From positions 35-64,034 of the IMG/VR virus record IMGVR_UViG_3300036827_000034: a DNA stretch of 64,000 nucleotides; one strand, given 5' to 3'. Each line of letters begins with the position of its first letter. Positions within the stretch are counted from its first letter, which is position 1. The notes under the pieces were generated by a model. It did no database searches. It saw only the letters and a program-made list of their open reading frames with translations, and was not told where the DNA came from. Source of the DNA: a virus. Its lineage: Duplodnaviria > Caudoviricetes. Shown here piece after piece: positions 1 to 9,287 of this stretch. The position numbers and the translations under genes are program-made.

Positions 1-174
1 CAAATTATCGCCATGCAATGGATGCCGGGGGCAATTACGCGAAAGGAAGCGGAATCAGACCCGATCTACAGCGCAAAGACTGGCTACAAAGTGCTGGAGA
101 CGTTCACCGTTCCGGGCCGTCCAATGGACGCTGAATGGGTCAAGAGCGTTAACTATGCCGCGCCGAGAGACTGA
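1..174 (+). CDS. Partial hypothetical protein (5' end outside window)
   Basis: Open frame 1 (QIIAMQWMPG...YAAPRD*) whose TGA overlaps the next ATG. Confidence 0.55.
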   Translation, partial: QIIAMQWMPGAITRKEAESDPIYSAKTGYKVLETFTVPGRPMDAEWVKSVNYAAPRD

Positions 175-701
175 TGAGCGATCGCATCATAGCGATTGAT
201 TATATCTGGGATGCTGAGAACTCAGTGATGATCCCGACGCAATCCTATCTTGTTCGCGCCCGCCGCCAGTACGCCAACGGCCACAAGTACCGGCTCGAAG
301 TCCGCGAGGATCGTTCCAGCCGCAGCCATGCCCACTACTTCGCTTGCCTCAAGGACATCCACGATAACCTGTCCGACGAACAACGCACCGAATATCCGAC
401 TGTCGAACACTTGCGGAAGCGTGCGCTCATCAAATGCAAGTTCTACAATATGCGCGAGTATGCCTGCGAGACGATCCGCCACGCGAAGAACCTGGAAGCT
501 CTCGCCGGCCAGCTAGACGAATACGCCATCGTTGTCCGCAAGAACGATGTGGTTCGGGTTTACACCGCAATGTCACAGGACTTGCACACCATGGACCGCG
601 AGAAATTCACCATGTCGAAAAACGCTGTGCTTGATCTGTGTTCGGAAATGATCGGCGTCAATCGCTCCACCATCGAGAAGCAAGGCGGGAAAACCGCATG
701 A
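174..701 (+). CDS. NinB/DUF1367-like phage recombination accessory protein
   Basis: RSSRSHAHYFA, EHLRKRALI and C-terminal S...MDREKF...VLD pattern; early operon position. Confidence 0.55.
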   Translation: MSDRIIAIDYIWDAENSVMIPTQSYLVRARRQYANGHKYRLEVREDRSSRSHAHYFACLKDIHDNLSDEQRTEYPTVEHLRKRALIKCKFYNMREYACETIRHAKNLEALAGQLDEYAIVVRKNDVVRVYTAMSQDLHTMDREKFTMSKNAVLDLCSEMIGVNRSTIEKQGGKTA

Positions 702-991
702 CCTACGATCTTTTCATCTACCCCCAACGCTGCGGCTTCAAAGAACCAACCACCAGCCGCGCCGCAGCCCGTTCCATGGATGTGACCGCAGGAACGATCC
801 GCGCTGCAGTCCTGGCCGAGATCAACCGCAAGCCGCAGACCGCGGATGAAGTTGCAGCCGCGCTCGGCCATACCGTGCTGACCGCCCGCCCCCGTTGCGC
901 CGAACTCCGCGCCAAGGGGACTATCGTGGATAGCGGGGAACGGCGGACCAACGCGAGCGGCAAGCGGGCTATAGTTTGGCGGGCAGTATGA
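698..991 (+). CDS. Winged-helix DNA-binding protein
   Basis: TADEVAAALG...RPRCAELRAKG...DSGERR...SGKRAIVW; ATGA overlap at 698. Confidence 0.7.
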   Translation: MTYDLFIYPQRCGFKEPTTSRAAARSMDVTAGTIRAAVLAEINRKPQTADEVAAALGHTVLTARPRCAELRAKGTIVDSGERRTNASGKRAIVWRAV

Positions 992-1512
992 AACGACCAA
1001 TCAGCGAAGCACCGAAAGATGGCACGGTTATTCTAGCCGAGATCATGCGCCATGCTGGCGTTCCTGAAACCGGAGGCTATGAGTTCACGCGGCTGAAATT
1101 CTCGGAGCCATGGTGGCGCGACGCTGAAAATGAAAACTTAGCCTATGGTGAATCGACCATTCTCTGCTGGTATGCCGATGGCACAGACCCGAAGTTGCTG
1201 ACGCTAACCGAACGTACCAACTGGAATTATCAGCCGAGCAACGGTACCGGAGGAGATATTTTCTATGGAGAATGGTGTGAGCGTTGCATCCGCGAGCGCG
1301 CGGTGCGTGACGACTACGACAAGGCCATGGCGAACGATTTAGGATGCGAGATATTTGCAAGGTCGATGGCGTTCAACATTGGTGATCCGCAATATCCGTC
1401 CGAATGGACTTACAAACCTGATGGCGTGCCAAAATGCACGGCATTTGAACTTGACGTTGGCGAACCGAAACAAGAGGCGAGGTGTCCGCACACGCTCGAC
1501 ATGTTCCGATGA
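988..1512 (+). CDS. Hypothetical phage protein (DUF551-like N-terminus, Cys-rich C-terminus)
   Basis: PISEAPKDGT motif; YQPSNGT...WCERC; ATGA overlap. Confidence 0.65.
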   Translation: MKRPISEAPKDGTVILAEIMRHAGVPETGGYEFTRLKFSEPWWRDAENENLAYGESTILCWYADGTDPKLLTLTERTNWNYQPSNGTGGDIFYGEWCERCIRERAVRDDYDKAMANDLGCEIFARSMAFNIGDPQYPSEWTYKPDGVPKCTAFELDVGEPKQEARCPHTLDMFR

Positions 1513-1940
1513 AAAGGCCGAGGCCGCATATTCCTTGGTCGGTTCGCTACCTTGTCATTGGTCGGCAAGTCGTGGCGGCTAAGCTTGATCCGGTAACTGA
1601 CTTGATATGTCTGTCAGCGAAGAAAGCCGCAGAAATAAATATCCGTATTTTGTTCGGCAATGAGAAAGTCCATCTGGATCACGACCCGCCGCTTCGGGTG
1701 CGCTCATTCAACGAACGGACGGGCGAATACGATCCGCCAGCAAACAGCGCCGATCATTTGACCTATCGAACTGTCACCGACCATCGCCGCAAAACAAATG
1801 ACCGCGGAGAAGGCGCGCAATTCCCCGACAGAGTTCTCATCAACCGCGCCCGCCGCCGCGACAAGCCAAAGCGCAAACGCTCGCGCCCGATACAATCTAG
1901 ACCGTTCCAGAAAGTCCACCGACCATTCAGGAGTATGTAA
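1509..1940 (+). CDS. HNH-like endonuclease
   Basis: HLDHDPPL...N...HRRKT, basic tail with IQSRPF. Confidence 0.6.
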   Translation: MKRPRPHIPWSVRYLVIGRQVVAAKLDPVTDLICLSAKKAAEINIRILFGNEKVHLDHDPPLRVRSFNERTGEYDPPANSADHLTYRTVTDHRRKTNDRGEGAQFPDRVLINRARRRDKPKRKRSRPIQSRPFQKVHRPFRSM

Positions 1941-1942
1941 CC

Positions 1943-2164
1943 ATGCTTGATTCCCGCGTCCGCCGCATCCTCGTCGCCCTCGACCGCTTCAAGTTTGCTG
2001 TCCCATCGCATCTTATCATCGACCCAAATACATGCCCGCCCGGAGTGATGGGCGCTACTCTCTTGCGGGCAAAGCGCGAGGGCTTGGTTGAATGCAACAT
2101 CACCAGCCACAACGTCCGCGAATGGCTGATCTCTGACGCAGGAAAAGCCGCAATCCGGCAATAA
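1943..2164 (+). CDS. Small winged-helix-like protein
   Basis: LLRAKREGLVE...WLISDAGKAAI; operon spacing. Confidence 0.55.
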   Translation: MLDSRVRRILVALDRFKFAVPSHLIIDPNTCPPGVMGATLLRAKREGLVECNITSHNVREWLISDAGKAAIRQ

Positions 2165-2216
2165 AGAAACGGCGCCGACTTGCGCCAGCGCCGAAGTTTG
2201 ATAACGGGAGGACTCA

Positions 2217-2692
2217 TGAAGTCCGACAGCGATACGCCTCAATCCGAAGCTTCACAACCCAAGGGGGATGCAATGTCGATGATGACTGTGGACAAGGAAC
2301 CGATTGACGAGCTACGCGCGCTGATCGGCGTTTCAGAAGAACCAGCCGTCGAGGACGAAACTGACCTTGTTTCCGACAGCGTGAAGTCGCTCGCGGTCAA
2401 CCTTGATTCCCTGATCCAGCAGATCAAGGCTGATCCCGCAATGCCGAAGCTCGGCATCATAGCTGGTTCCGGCTTTCACAAAGGCTTCACCATCATTGCC
2501 GACGACATCATTAAGATGGCCGATGAGCATGTCGAGCGGGCGATGCAAACGCGCGACGAAGCTCACGAGTTGGCCGAACAGATCAAACGATGTGGCGCGA
2601 TCTTGTGCCGGCGTCTCGAGGAGGAATCCGTCCGCGGATTCCAAGTCTCACGGATCGCCAAGCTCTCGCGCAAGATGATCGCTGAGTCCTGA
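2217..2692 (+). CDS. Hypothetical coiled-coil protein
   Basis: GGAGG RBS before ATG 2217; helical composition. Confidence 0.6.
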
Positions 2693-3066
2693 TCCGACCG
2701 ACCATCGCCTTGTTCTTAATGGCCGGGTTAAGCCCGGTCATTGCTGGCGAGCTTGGCATAGCATCGACATTCATTGAGTTTGCGGTCGCCTGCCCTGGCA
2801 AGAAATTCTCAGCAGATGCCAGAGTTGCCGCGCACAGAACATTGCCATGCGGATCATTGGCGCTTGTCCGCAATCTGAAAACCAAACAATCGGTCGTAGT
2901 CGAAATCATTGATCGTGGCCCGCACCGCGATGGGAGGGTTATTGACCTGTCCCCATTGGCCGCGCGGGAAATCGGATCGGATGGTTTGGCGCAAGTCGAA
3001 GTAACGCCAATAACCGGCTTCCAAGCACTATGGCGTCAGCGGATAGGAATTGGGGTTTCTGATTAG
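2689..3066 (+). CDS. rlpA: RlpA-like (DPBB) lytic transglycosylase with putative signal peptide
   Basis: AAHRTLPCGS...V.NL...SVVVEIIDRGPH..GRVIDLS..AAREIG; likely CTG start overlapping the upstream TGA (TTG 2710 is the alternative). Confidence 0.8.
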   Translation: MIRPTIALFLMAGLSPVIAGELGIASTFIEFAVACPGKKFSADARVAAHRTLPCGSLALVRNLKTKQSVVVEIIDRGPHRDGRVIDLSPLAAREIGSDGLAQVEVTPITGFQALWRQRIGIGVSD

Positions 3067-3143
3067 AACTGCCGAGCAAAAAGCAGAACAATGCCGCCCG
3101 CAACCAAAAACAATCCTAGGATTAGAAGGGGGTCATGTGGCAT
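3063..3143 (-). CDS. 26-aa single-TM peptide
   Basis: MPHDPLLILGLFLVAGGIVLLFARQF; starts 1 nt after the upstream stop; not in ORF track. Confidence 0.4.
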   Translation of the reverse strand: MPHDPLLILGLFLVAGGIVLLFARQF

Positions 3144-3144
3144 T

Positions 3145-3534
3145 TCATTTGCGAGGGACAATTGACGTGATTCGCGAAAGCTCGTCAGCAATTTTTGAAA
3201 GCGTTTGATTTGCCGTCTCCTGTTTGGTTTCGGCAACCGCTAGGCGAGTATCCAGCTTGCCTAGGATTTCCAAGTTCTTGTTCTGCGCTTCGAGGAACTG
3301 CTTACGCAATTCTTCCTTGGCTTTGAGATCGACATCAGTCGTCGTCTTGGTTTCAATCTGCAACTTCTCAATCGCCGCGCTGTGCTGTGTCAGCGTAGCG
3401 CCAGTAGTGAAGTAGAACGCCAGCACGCCAAAGCCAATCGTCAATAGCGGAATGCCACCGACATTGATTAGCGTGCCGAGGTTGAATGGGCTTGGCGGCT
3501 TTCCGTAGCGATTAGCTGGCCGGGACCGTGACAT
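3145..3534 (-). CDS. Membrane-anchored coiled-coil protein (lysis region)
   Basis: One TM (GIPLLTIGFGVLAFYF) followed by heptad-like segment. Confidence 0.65.
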   Translation of the reverse strand: MSRSRPANRYGKPPSPFNLGTLINVGGIPLLTIGFGVLAFYFTTGATLTQHSAAIEKLQIETKTTTDVDLKAKEELRKQFLEAQNKNLEILGKLDTRLAVAETKQETANQTLSKIADELSRITSIVPRK

Positions 3535-3559
3535 TTTTCATCACCGCAAGGAATGCGGC

Positions 3560-4297
3560 TCAGTAATAAACGCCGAATCCAACGCGGTACTGATTGCCGA
3601 CTTTGCCGCAACCGCCCGTGATGTTGCTGACGCCGGCACAGACCGAGTTGGCACCAAAACCGACTTCGGCCCAAGTATCGACCGCGATGCCCTTAGACAG
3701 TTGCCCCATCATGCCGACGCCAGCCGTTGGCATCACCCGCCATGCACGGTTCTGCGACAGGCCGAAGTTGACGGAAATATCATCCTCGCGCACGCCCGCT
3801 GCGAGATATGGATGGACGTTGGTAGCGACCTGTCCATTCGGCAGCGGCGGGAACGGAGGAGTAGTCGGCAGGCCGAGTGTCGGGAACAGCGACAGAAAGT
3901 TAGTCAGCGGCGTGCCGAGCTTCACGCGCTGCTCGAACGTCGCAGGCCCGGAGAAGGCAAATCCGGGCGTGTTGCCGTTGAAGTTCTGCCAATCGAAAAT
4001 GCCCTCAACCGCGTAGAACACCTGACCGCCATTCGACCATGCGTAGCCGAGCGTGCCGCCGACACCGATTTCATTGCTGACCAGCGAGTTCGGATTGACA
4101 CCGACGCCTGCCGCTTCGACCGAGCCGCCACCGCCCATGGTGTTGATGCCGAAATAGATGCCGCTGGTCGTGTACGGATAGCCGTTGAACAACGCGCTTC
4201 TGACGATGGGCTGCGCCTTGGTCGGCAACAGCACATCGGCGGCGAAGGCGGAAGTCGAAACAAGGATGGCAGCTAGACTGAGAACAAGCTTGCGCAT
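3560..4297 (-). CDS. Outer-membrane beta-barrel protein (Omp25/RopB-like)
   Basis: Signal peptide ending AFA-AD, LPTKA motif, SGIYFGIN, GGTLGY, aromatic C-terminal beta-signal YRVGFGVYY; GGAG RBS. Confidence 0.8.
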   Translation of the reverse strand: MRKLVLSLAAILVSTSAFAADVLLPTKAQPIVRSALFNGYPYTTSGIYFGINTMGGGGSVEAAGVGVNPNSLVSNEIGVGGTLGYAWSNGGQVFYAVEGIFDWQNFNGNTPGFAFSGPATFEQRVKLGTPLTNFLSLFPTLGLPTTPPFPPLPNGQVATNVHPYLAAGVREDDISVNFGLSQNRAWRVMPTAGVGMMGQLSKGIAVDTWAEVGFGANSVCAGVSNITGGCGKVGNQYRVGFGVYY

Positions 4298-4322
4298 GGT
4301 GGTGCTCCCCTTTGTGTTTAAG

Positions 4323-4691
4323 TTATGCGGCTTTCGCAGTTGCTTCAACAGCGGCTTTCGCAGCCGGGATGGCTTCGATCTTGTCTTGCTTTGGATCAAG
4401 CGCGAGGATGGCAGCGGTTTGGTTCGCCTTGGAATTGAGAAGGATGCTTTCGACACCCGGCATTGCTTGCACGGCTTTAAGCTGAGCCACTTGGCCGCTG
4501 GCAAAATACAACACCACGCTGAGGAAGCCGCTCACGAAGCCAGAGATAGAAATGATTTCCTTAACGACGACAGGAGCCATTGATCCGAGCGGCGAAAAAA
4601 TGTCGGTCAATTGCGTGCCTGCACCAGAGAGAAATCCAAGTGCCGCAATTGCCAAGGTGATCTTTTGGACGCTGGTAAGATTATTAAACAT
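4323..4691 (-). CDS. Putative holin
   Basis: Two hydrophobic segments, immediately downstream of endolysin. Confidence 0.6.
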   Translation of the reverse strand: MFNNLTSVQKITLAIAALGFLSGAGTQLTDIFSPLGSMAPVVVKEIISISGFVSGFLSVVLYFASGQVAQLKAVQAMPGVESILLNSKANQTAAILALDPKQDKIEAIPAAKAAVEATAKAA

Positions 4692-4693
4692 GC

Positions 4694-5515
4694 TCAATCT
4701 CCGTGGTCTGCCAGAGCCTTGTCCAATGCCGCCTTTGTAACAGGGCCGAAAAGGCCGTCGCTAACTAAATTGTGGACAACTTGGAACTGCCGCAGGGCTT
4801 CGCGGGTGCGCCGTCCGTATGACCCGTCCACGACGAGCGGTGGATTCTGCCCCAATTTATTCAATCCGGCTTGCACCGATGCCGCACCGATGACGCCTTC
4901 CGGCGCAGGCTGAGGTGCAGGAATGACCGATGGGGCTTGAACAATCGGGATGGCATCCCCGACTTTCAGCGACGGGTCTTTCTCCATGATGCTGAGCAGA
5001 ACCGGGATGACGCCAAGCTGCGTATCGACGTGATTTGCATCCCAAACCCCATCAGCGACATATTTGCCACGGCTGTAGATATTCGTACCGGCCCAGAGGT
5101 ATCCGGTGTGAATGCCATGCGCGCGAGGTCCAAAACCGTTCCAGCTTTCCCCGCGGTAACAAGCAAATGGCAATGTCCACGCCGCAGTCCCGTCCAGATG
5201 GTCATACTTGATCGCGTCAATCGCGCCGGTTGACCAATTCGGAAATGGCCCGCGCCCTTTCGGCACAAGCCGTGTCACTCGCCCGAGCGGTTCGCCATTG
5301 CCGAGATAGGTATTCAGATTGCCGGATGATTCGCGCTCGTTCAGCGCCATGATAAATGCTGCGGGCACTCCGGTCTGCGAAGTGACGGCGGTATAAAACG
5401 CCTTGTCCTTGAGCAAGCGCGCCGCTGCTTGATCCGCCAAAGGCTTGCGCTGCACCTGACAGATCGAAAGCAAATTCTTGTATTCCGGTTCGAGTTCTGA
5501 AAACGGATGGTTCAT
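4694..5515 (-). CDS. Endolysin (lysozyme-like domain + C-terminal peptidoglycan-binding domain)
   Basis: RESS, LGNGEPL, E.WNGFG, YLWAGT, GKYVADG, DTQLG; PG-binding VDGSYG..T..A...FQ....L..DG.FGP.T. Confidence 0.88.
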   Translation of the reverse strand: MNHPFSELEPEYKNLLSICQVQRKPLADQAAARLLKDKAFYTAVTSQTGVPAAFIMALNERESSGNLNTYLGNGEPLGRVTRLVPKGRGPFPNWSTGAIDAIKYDHLDGTAAWTLPFACYRGESWNGFGPRAHGIHTGYLWAGTNIYSRGKYVADGVWDANHVDTQLGVIPVLLSIMEKDPSLKVGDAIPIVQAPSVIPAPQPAPEGVIGAASVQAGLNKLGQNPPLVVDGSYGRRTREALRQFQVVHNLVSDGLFGPVTKAALDKALADHGD

Positions 5516-5922
5516 TTGAGACCAGACCTCTCCAACTGCTGGATCAACGGCGCGTGTGGTGCAATACGCTTTATCACCTTGAACTCAGCTTCGACACCAG
5601 CCTTGTTCTGATCTTCCGCATAGAGCTTCAACAAGTTCGTATGTAGGTCAGCCGCATACGGGTTATCCCGCAACGCTGCCTGCACTCGTTCGATCGCCAT
5701 ATTCCGCGTTACCTGTGTCGGCTCCGTTGCGACGTAGAGATACGCCGGTCCATTCCTGATCCGATACTCGAGCGGGAACAGCCGGTTTGCCATTTCCAGT
5801 GCTGGCATCGCGGCGGCAAAGTTGCCGGACATTTGCCAGCCCCATGCGTATTGCTGTTCGGCAAGCATTGATGTCATCGCGTAGAACAGGCCCGCCGCCA
5901 GCGCAGCGCCCCGCCACCACAG
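5512..5922 (-). CDS. TM + TPR-like protein in +1 frame overlapping ligase 1 (start uncertain, possibly frameshift product)
   Basis: LWWRGAALAAGLFY...AEQQYA...ALRDNPYAADLHTNL; paralogue at 38638-39102; stop overlaps endolysin ATG. Confidence 0.65.
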   Translation of the reverse strand: MWWRGAALAAGLFYAMTSMLAEQQYAWGWQMSGNFAAAMPALEMANRLFPLEYRIRNGPAYLYVATEPTQVTRNMAIERVQAALRDNPYAADLHTNLLKLYAEDQNKAGVEAEFKVIKRIAPHAPLIQQLERSGLK

Positions 5923-6988
5923 CGAAGCAGGCGGCAGTCGCGGGCATGTGAAGCGGGAAGCCAAACATGGTCTGCACCATGAAGCCGAGGAAGATTGCTT
6001 TCTCCGTCGCCATGGTAGAGCGCCAAACACTGACCGCAAATGCCACAGGGATGATCGCACCGATGCCCATTTCGTAAATGAACTCCAGGAGATCGTTGTG
6101 GGCATGTTCCGGCCTTGCGTAGAGCGTGTCGATGCGATGTCCAATATCAGGGAAGGTTACATAGTACGAACCCAAGCCCCTGCCAAACCAAGTGAAGCCA
6201 TCGACGGTATCGTGCCAGATCGAAATCCGCTCGACCACGCTGCCGTCGAAATGGATCATGTAATAAATCCCGACGATCGGCGCGGTCACAGCGCCTACCC
6301 CGACCAGCAAACGCGGATAGCGACCGATCATCATCAAGCCCAGTACCGCAATGACCGATACCAGCGCACCGCGCGAATAGAGGAATGTGCCAGCGAGGTT
6401 GATCGGAGTAGCCAGCAACGCGGCCCAATTCACCGAAGACCAAACAGCGTTGCCGATCGGGATGATTTCAGTTGGCAAGAGATATTGGCAGATATTCAAG
6501 GCTACCAATGGAACGAACCACCACAGCCGCTCGTAAACCAATCCGATCAGCACGAGTGCAGCCAGTTCGGCGCCCATGTCCTTGTTCATGAACAAGCCGC
6601 CCGGCATCGAGACTTGCGGCAATCCTGTCCAACCGTAAATCTGCATATAGACGATGACGCTGTTGATCGTCAGACCGCACGCCGCGCCGATCAGCAAGCC
6701 GCGAATGGATTTCAATTCAGCCGCGACCATGAACGCGAAGAACGTGAACAGCAGCTTGAGAAAGTTCGCCCACCACTCAACCGGCACTTCGGTCCAGAAC
6801 AGAGACACCGCGCCGTAGCCGAGCATCAGCATGAACAGCACATGCGATGTCGTCATGCGGATGCGAATGCGAAACAAGGCAATCGCCCCGACAATCGCAA
6901 TAAATCCCCAACGCGGCGTGGTCGCAGACGACGCTATGAAAGGCCACATCAAGACTGTGAGGATGAAAGCGACGAAGCCGCCTATCAT
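5663..6988 (-). CDS. O-antigen ligase / O-oligosaccharyltransferase family membrane protein (copy 1)
   Basis: Multi-TM; GLFMNKD, SRGA, ERISIW, FGRGLGSY, HAHNDLLEFIYEMGIG (Wzy_C/WaaL motifs). Confidence 0.88.
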   Translation of the reverse strand: MIGGFVAFILTVLMWPFIASSATTPRWGFIAIVGAIALFRIRIRMTTSHVLFMLMLGYGAVSLFWTEVPVEWWANFLKLLFTFFAFMVAAELKSIRGLLIGAACGLTINSVIVYMQIYGWTGLPQVSMPGGLFMNKDMGAELAALVLIGLVYERLWWFVPLVALNICQYLLPTEIIPIGNAVWSSVNWAALLATPINLAGTFLYSRGALVSVIAVLGLMMIGRYPRLLVGVGAVTAPIVGIYYMIHFDGSVVERISIWHDTVDGFTWFGRGLGSYYVTFPDIGHRIDTLYARPEHAHNDLLEFIYEMGIGAIIPVAFAVSVWRSTMATEKAIFLGFMVQTMFGFPLHMPATAACFAVVAGRCAGGGPVLRDDINACRTAIRMGLANVRQLCRRDASTGNGKPAVPARVSDQEWTGVSLRRNGADTGNAEYGDRTSAGSVAG

Positions 6989-8886
6989 TTACCGAATACG
7001 GTCCAGTTCGTACCGTTATAGAAGCCGAGAACCTTATTCGTGCCACCTCCGATGAAGCCACCGCCCCATGCGTTCGTGCTGGCGTCAGTGAAATACATTA
7101 TGGCACCTGCGGCAGTCGGGGTTGTGCCGCGATTCGCATAGATCACACCGCTAATTGCCATGGTGACGGCACTGATTGATGTGGCCGAAATTCCACCAGC
7201 TACAACTTTCTTGACGGCATCAATGCCGCCAGCAGTGGTGATGGACCCGCCAGAGGCACCATTGGCATCTGTGGTATCTGTAAGCGCAACGCGACCTGCC
7301 AAGAAATTATAATTGGCACCGATTTGAAGCTGGGCAGTTGGTTGTTTTTGTATGAGGAACGGAATTTGAGCACTGGTCTGGTCGGTAATATAGAAACTGC
7401 CGCCAGATACTATGTTCACGCGCCATGCTTGGCCGTTGTTCAAAAATCGAAGTTGGTTGCCTTCGGTCGCGCTGATCGTTACGGCGGTCAAATTGGTATT
7501 GATGGCGCTCCAAGTATTTGCACCATCAAGGAACGGAAGATTATGACCACTGGTGCTGATATTCGATGCACTGATCGCGCCGCTTGAATCGACCGAGAAT
7601 CCAGACGCGGAGCCATCAGATTTGACCAGTTTGAACGTGCTGGTCGTATTAGTAAGACCAAGATTCGTCACATCGGAAGCATCGACGCCGAGCAAGAATT
7701 TTCCAACTCCGGCACTATTCTTTGAGTGCAGATTGGTATTGTTCGGGACTGTTGCCCATACGCCTGACGTGAAGGCAAAAGAGCTAAGATCAAATCCGGT
7801 AATCAGTGTTCCGGTCGCAGTGGTATTCTTTTCCAAGAGGCTGTTTATCGCTTGCGTGCCTTCCGGCGATACAAAAAGAAATGATGCGTGCGAACCGGAA
7901 TTGAATTTCCCAATCCGCATCACATTGGATTTCATTACGGTCGGGAATGTTGCGCCGCCCGAAATTCCGTCAGCGATATAGCCTTCGTTGAAGGATATGT
8001 TGCCATTCGATGACCCGGTGTTGGTCATCTGTCCTTGGAAACATCCACTCTCGTTGTAACCAACCGCGCCGACCGCGCTCAGTTGAGCCGTGCAAGTGAA
8101 ATTCTGTAGCGAGCCGTCCCCGGTCTTGGTGGCAACCACCCACAAACCGGAAAGAACTGAATTGCTAGTGTTAGGCGATATGACCGAGCCATCGCCGGTC
8201 CAGTTCAGGACATATTCCCAAGCAGGGATGACTTGTCCTGATCCGATGGCCTTCGTATCCGTATGCTGCGCGATAAAACTAGCGCGCGTATTGGTGAAGT
8301 TTGTCGGGGAATTGGTTTTCTGAATTTCAAGTCTGGAACCGGAAATGTCCTGGCCGAAAGTCATTCCCATAATTTGATTGACGGAAGAAATCGTCCACGA
8401 GTGCGGGGCCGTCCAATTATAGGGCGTTGTCAAATCAAACTTCGGTGCCGCATCGCTCCGCATCGCAGTGATTGCAGAACCATTGATCGCGCTTGAGGTG
8501 ATGACTGCTGTTGGATTGGCGAAGCCTGCCATGCCGCCGAGCGCATAAGTGATGCCAGCAATTCGCGCGAATATCCCTGTGCTATCGGTCCACACATCGC
8601 CATTGACTGGCGTGATCGGCGCTGTGCCTTGCGGGATTTGCAATCCAGCGGTCGGTGTGGTCGTGGCTGCGGTATAAACCTTGGCTGAGTACGATTGAAC
8701 GCCTGACCATGTGATAGCAGGCGTGAGCGTATTTCCTACAGAACCAGAAATCGGCTTCGGAGGGGCAGCAATCGCATTCGCATTGCCGCAGAACGTACCG
8801 GGCTGAAACACGCCGCTGCATTGTGCTGACGCTACCGAACACAGCGCCAGCAACCCAAGCAGCGAAGCGATCAGCCTCCGCATCAT
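6985..8886 (-). CDS. Tail fibre/spike-like protein with signal peptide
   Basis: MMRRLIASLLGLLALCSVASA-QC; G/S/T-rich beta sequence; C-terminal YNGTNWTV. Confidence 0.65.
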   Translation of the reverse strand: MMRRLIASLLGLLALCSVASAQCSGVFQPGTFCGNANAIAAPPKPISGSVGNTLTPAITWSGVQSYSAKVYTAATTTPTAGLQIPQGTAPITPVNGDVWTDSTGIFARIAGITYALGGMAGFANPTAVITSSAINGSAITAMRSDAAPKFDLTTPYNWTAPHSWTISSVNQIMGMTFGQDISGSRLEIQKTNSPTNFTNTRASFIAQHTDTKAIGSGQVIPAWEYVLNWTGDGSVISPNTSNSVLSGLWVVATKTGDGSLQNFTCTAQLSAVGAVGYNESGCFQGQMTNTGSSNGNISFNEGYIADGISGGATFPTVMKSNVMRIGKFNSGSHASFLFVSPEGTQAINSLLEKNTTATGTLITGFDLSSFAFTSGVWATVPNNTNLHSKNSAGVGKFLLGVDASDVTNLGLTNTTSTFKLVKSDGSASGFSVDSSGAISASNISTSGHNLPFLDGANTWSAINTNLTAVTISATEGNQLRFLNNGQAWRVNIVSGGSFYITDQTSAQIPFLIQKQPTAQLQIGANYNFLAGRVALTDTTDANGASGGSITTAGGIDAVKKVVAGGISATSISAVTMAISGVIYANRGTTPTAAGAIMYFTDASTNAWGGGFIGGGTNKVLGFYNGTNWTVFGK

Positions 8887-9287
8887 TGCCGGAATCTCCA
8901 ATTCGCGCCGCTCGGATAGAAGCCGATGGTTCCGTAGTTGGTGGAGAGTTGCGGATTGATGACCGTCTCAACCGTCACATTGAACGTATGCGGCGCACCG
9001 CTCGCATTGCCGGTGATGTCATGAATGAAAACCGGCAGGCCATTGCGAGAGGCCGCAGCACCCGGATTGATGACGCAGTTCGCGACGTTGATCTCAAGCA
9101 GAACATCGGTAGCGAGAAGCGCATAGGGCGTGGCGCTGACAATCGTAGGTGTTGGGGCAACGCCGAGCGTAAGCAACTGCTCTATGGCCCGCTGAGTGTT
9201 CGTCTGCGTAATCAGACTTCCCGGCTCAAAGCGAAGCTGCCGCGCCCGCTCGCGCACGTTGTCGAGATTGGTTTTTACCAAGGTCAT
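8883..9287 (-). CDS. Tail-associated structural protein
   Basis: TNTQRAIEQL, C-terminal G...YP.G.NW; position in tail module. Confidence 0.55.
   Translation of the reverse strand: MTLVKTNLDNVRERARQLRFEPGSLITQTNTQRAIEQLLTLGVAPTPTIVSATPYALLATDVLLEINVANCVINPGAAASRNGLPVFIHDITGNASGAPHTFNVTVETVINPQLSTNYGTIGFYPSGANWRFRQ

Noticed and set aside
4298-4504. N-terminal extension of the outer-membrane protein ORF
   Set aside because: It overlaps the holin; the RBS and signal peptide place the start at 4297
5512-6144. Ligase genes as pseudogenes or assembly errors
   Set aside because: The same offset at the same position in two divergent paralogues, with catalytic-type motifs intact
5948-7021. 357-aa + strand ORF and similar long antisense ORFs (18591-19469, 16682-17440, 26579-27295)
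   Set aside because: Antisense shadows of clear GC-rich genes with no recognisable motifs
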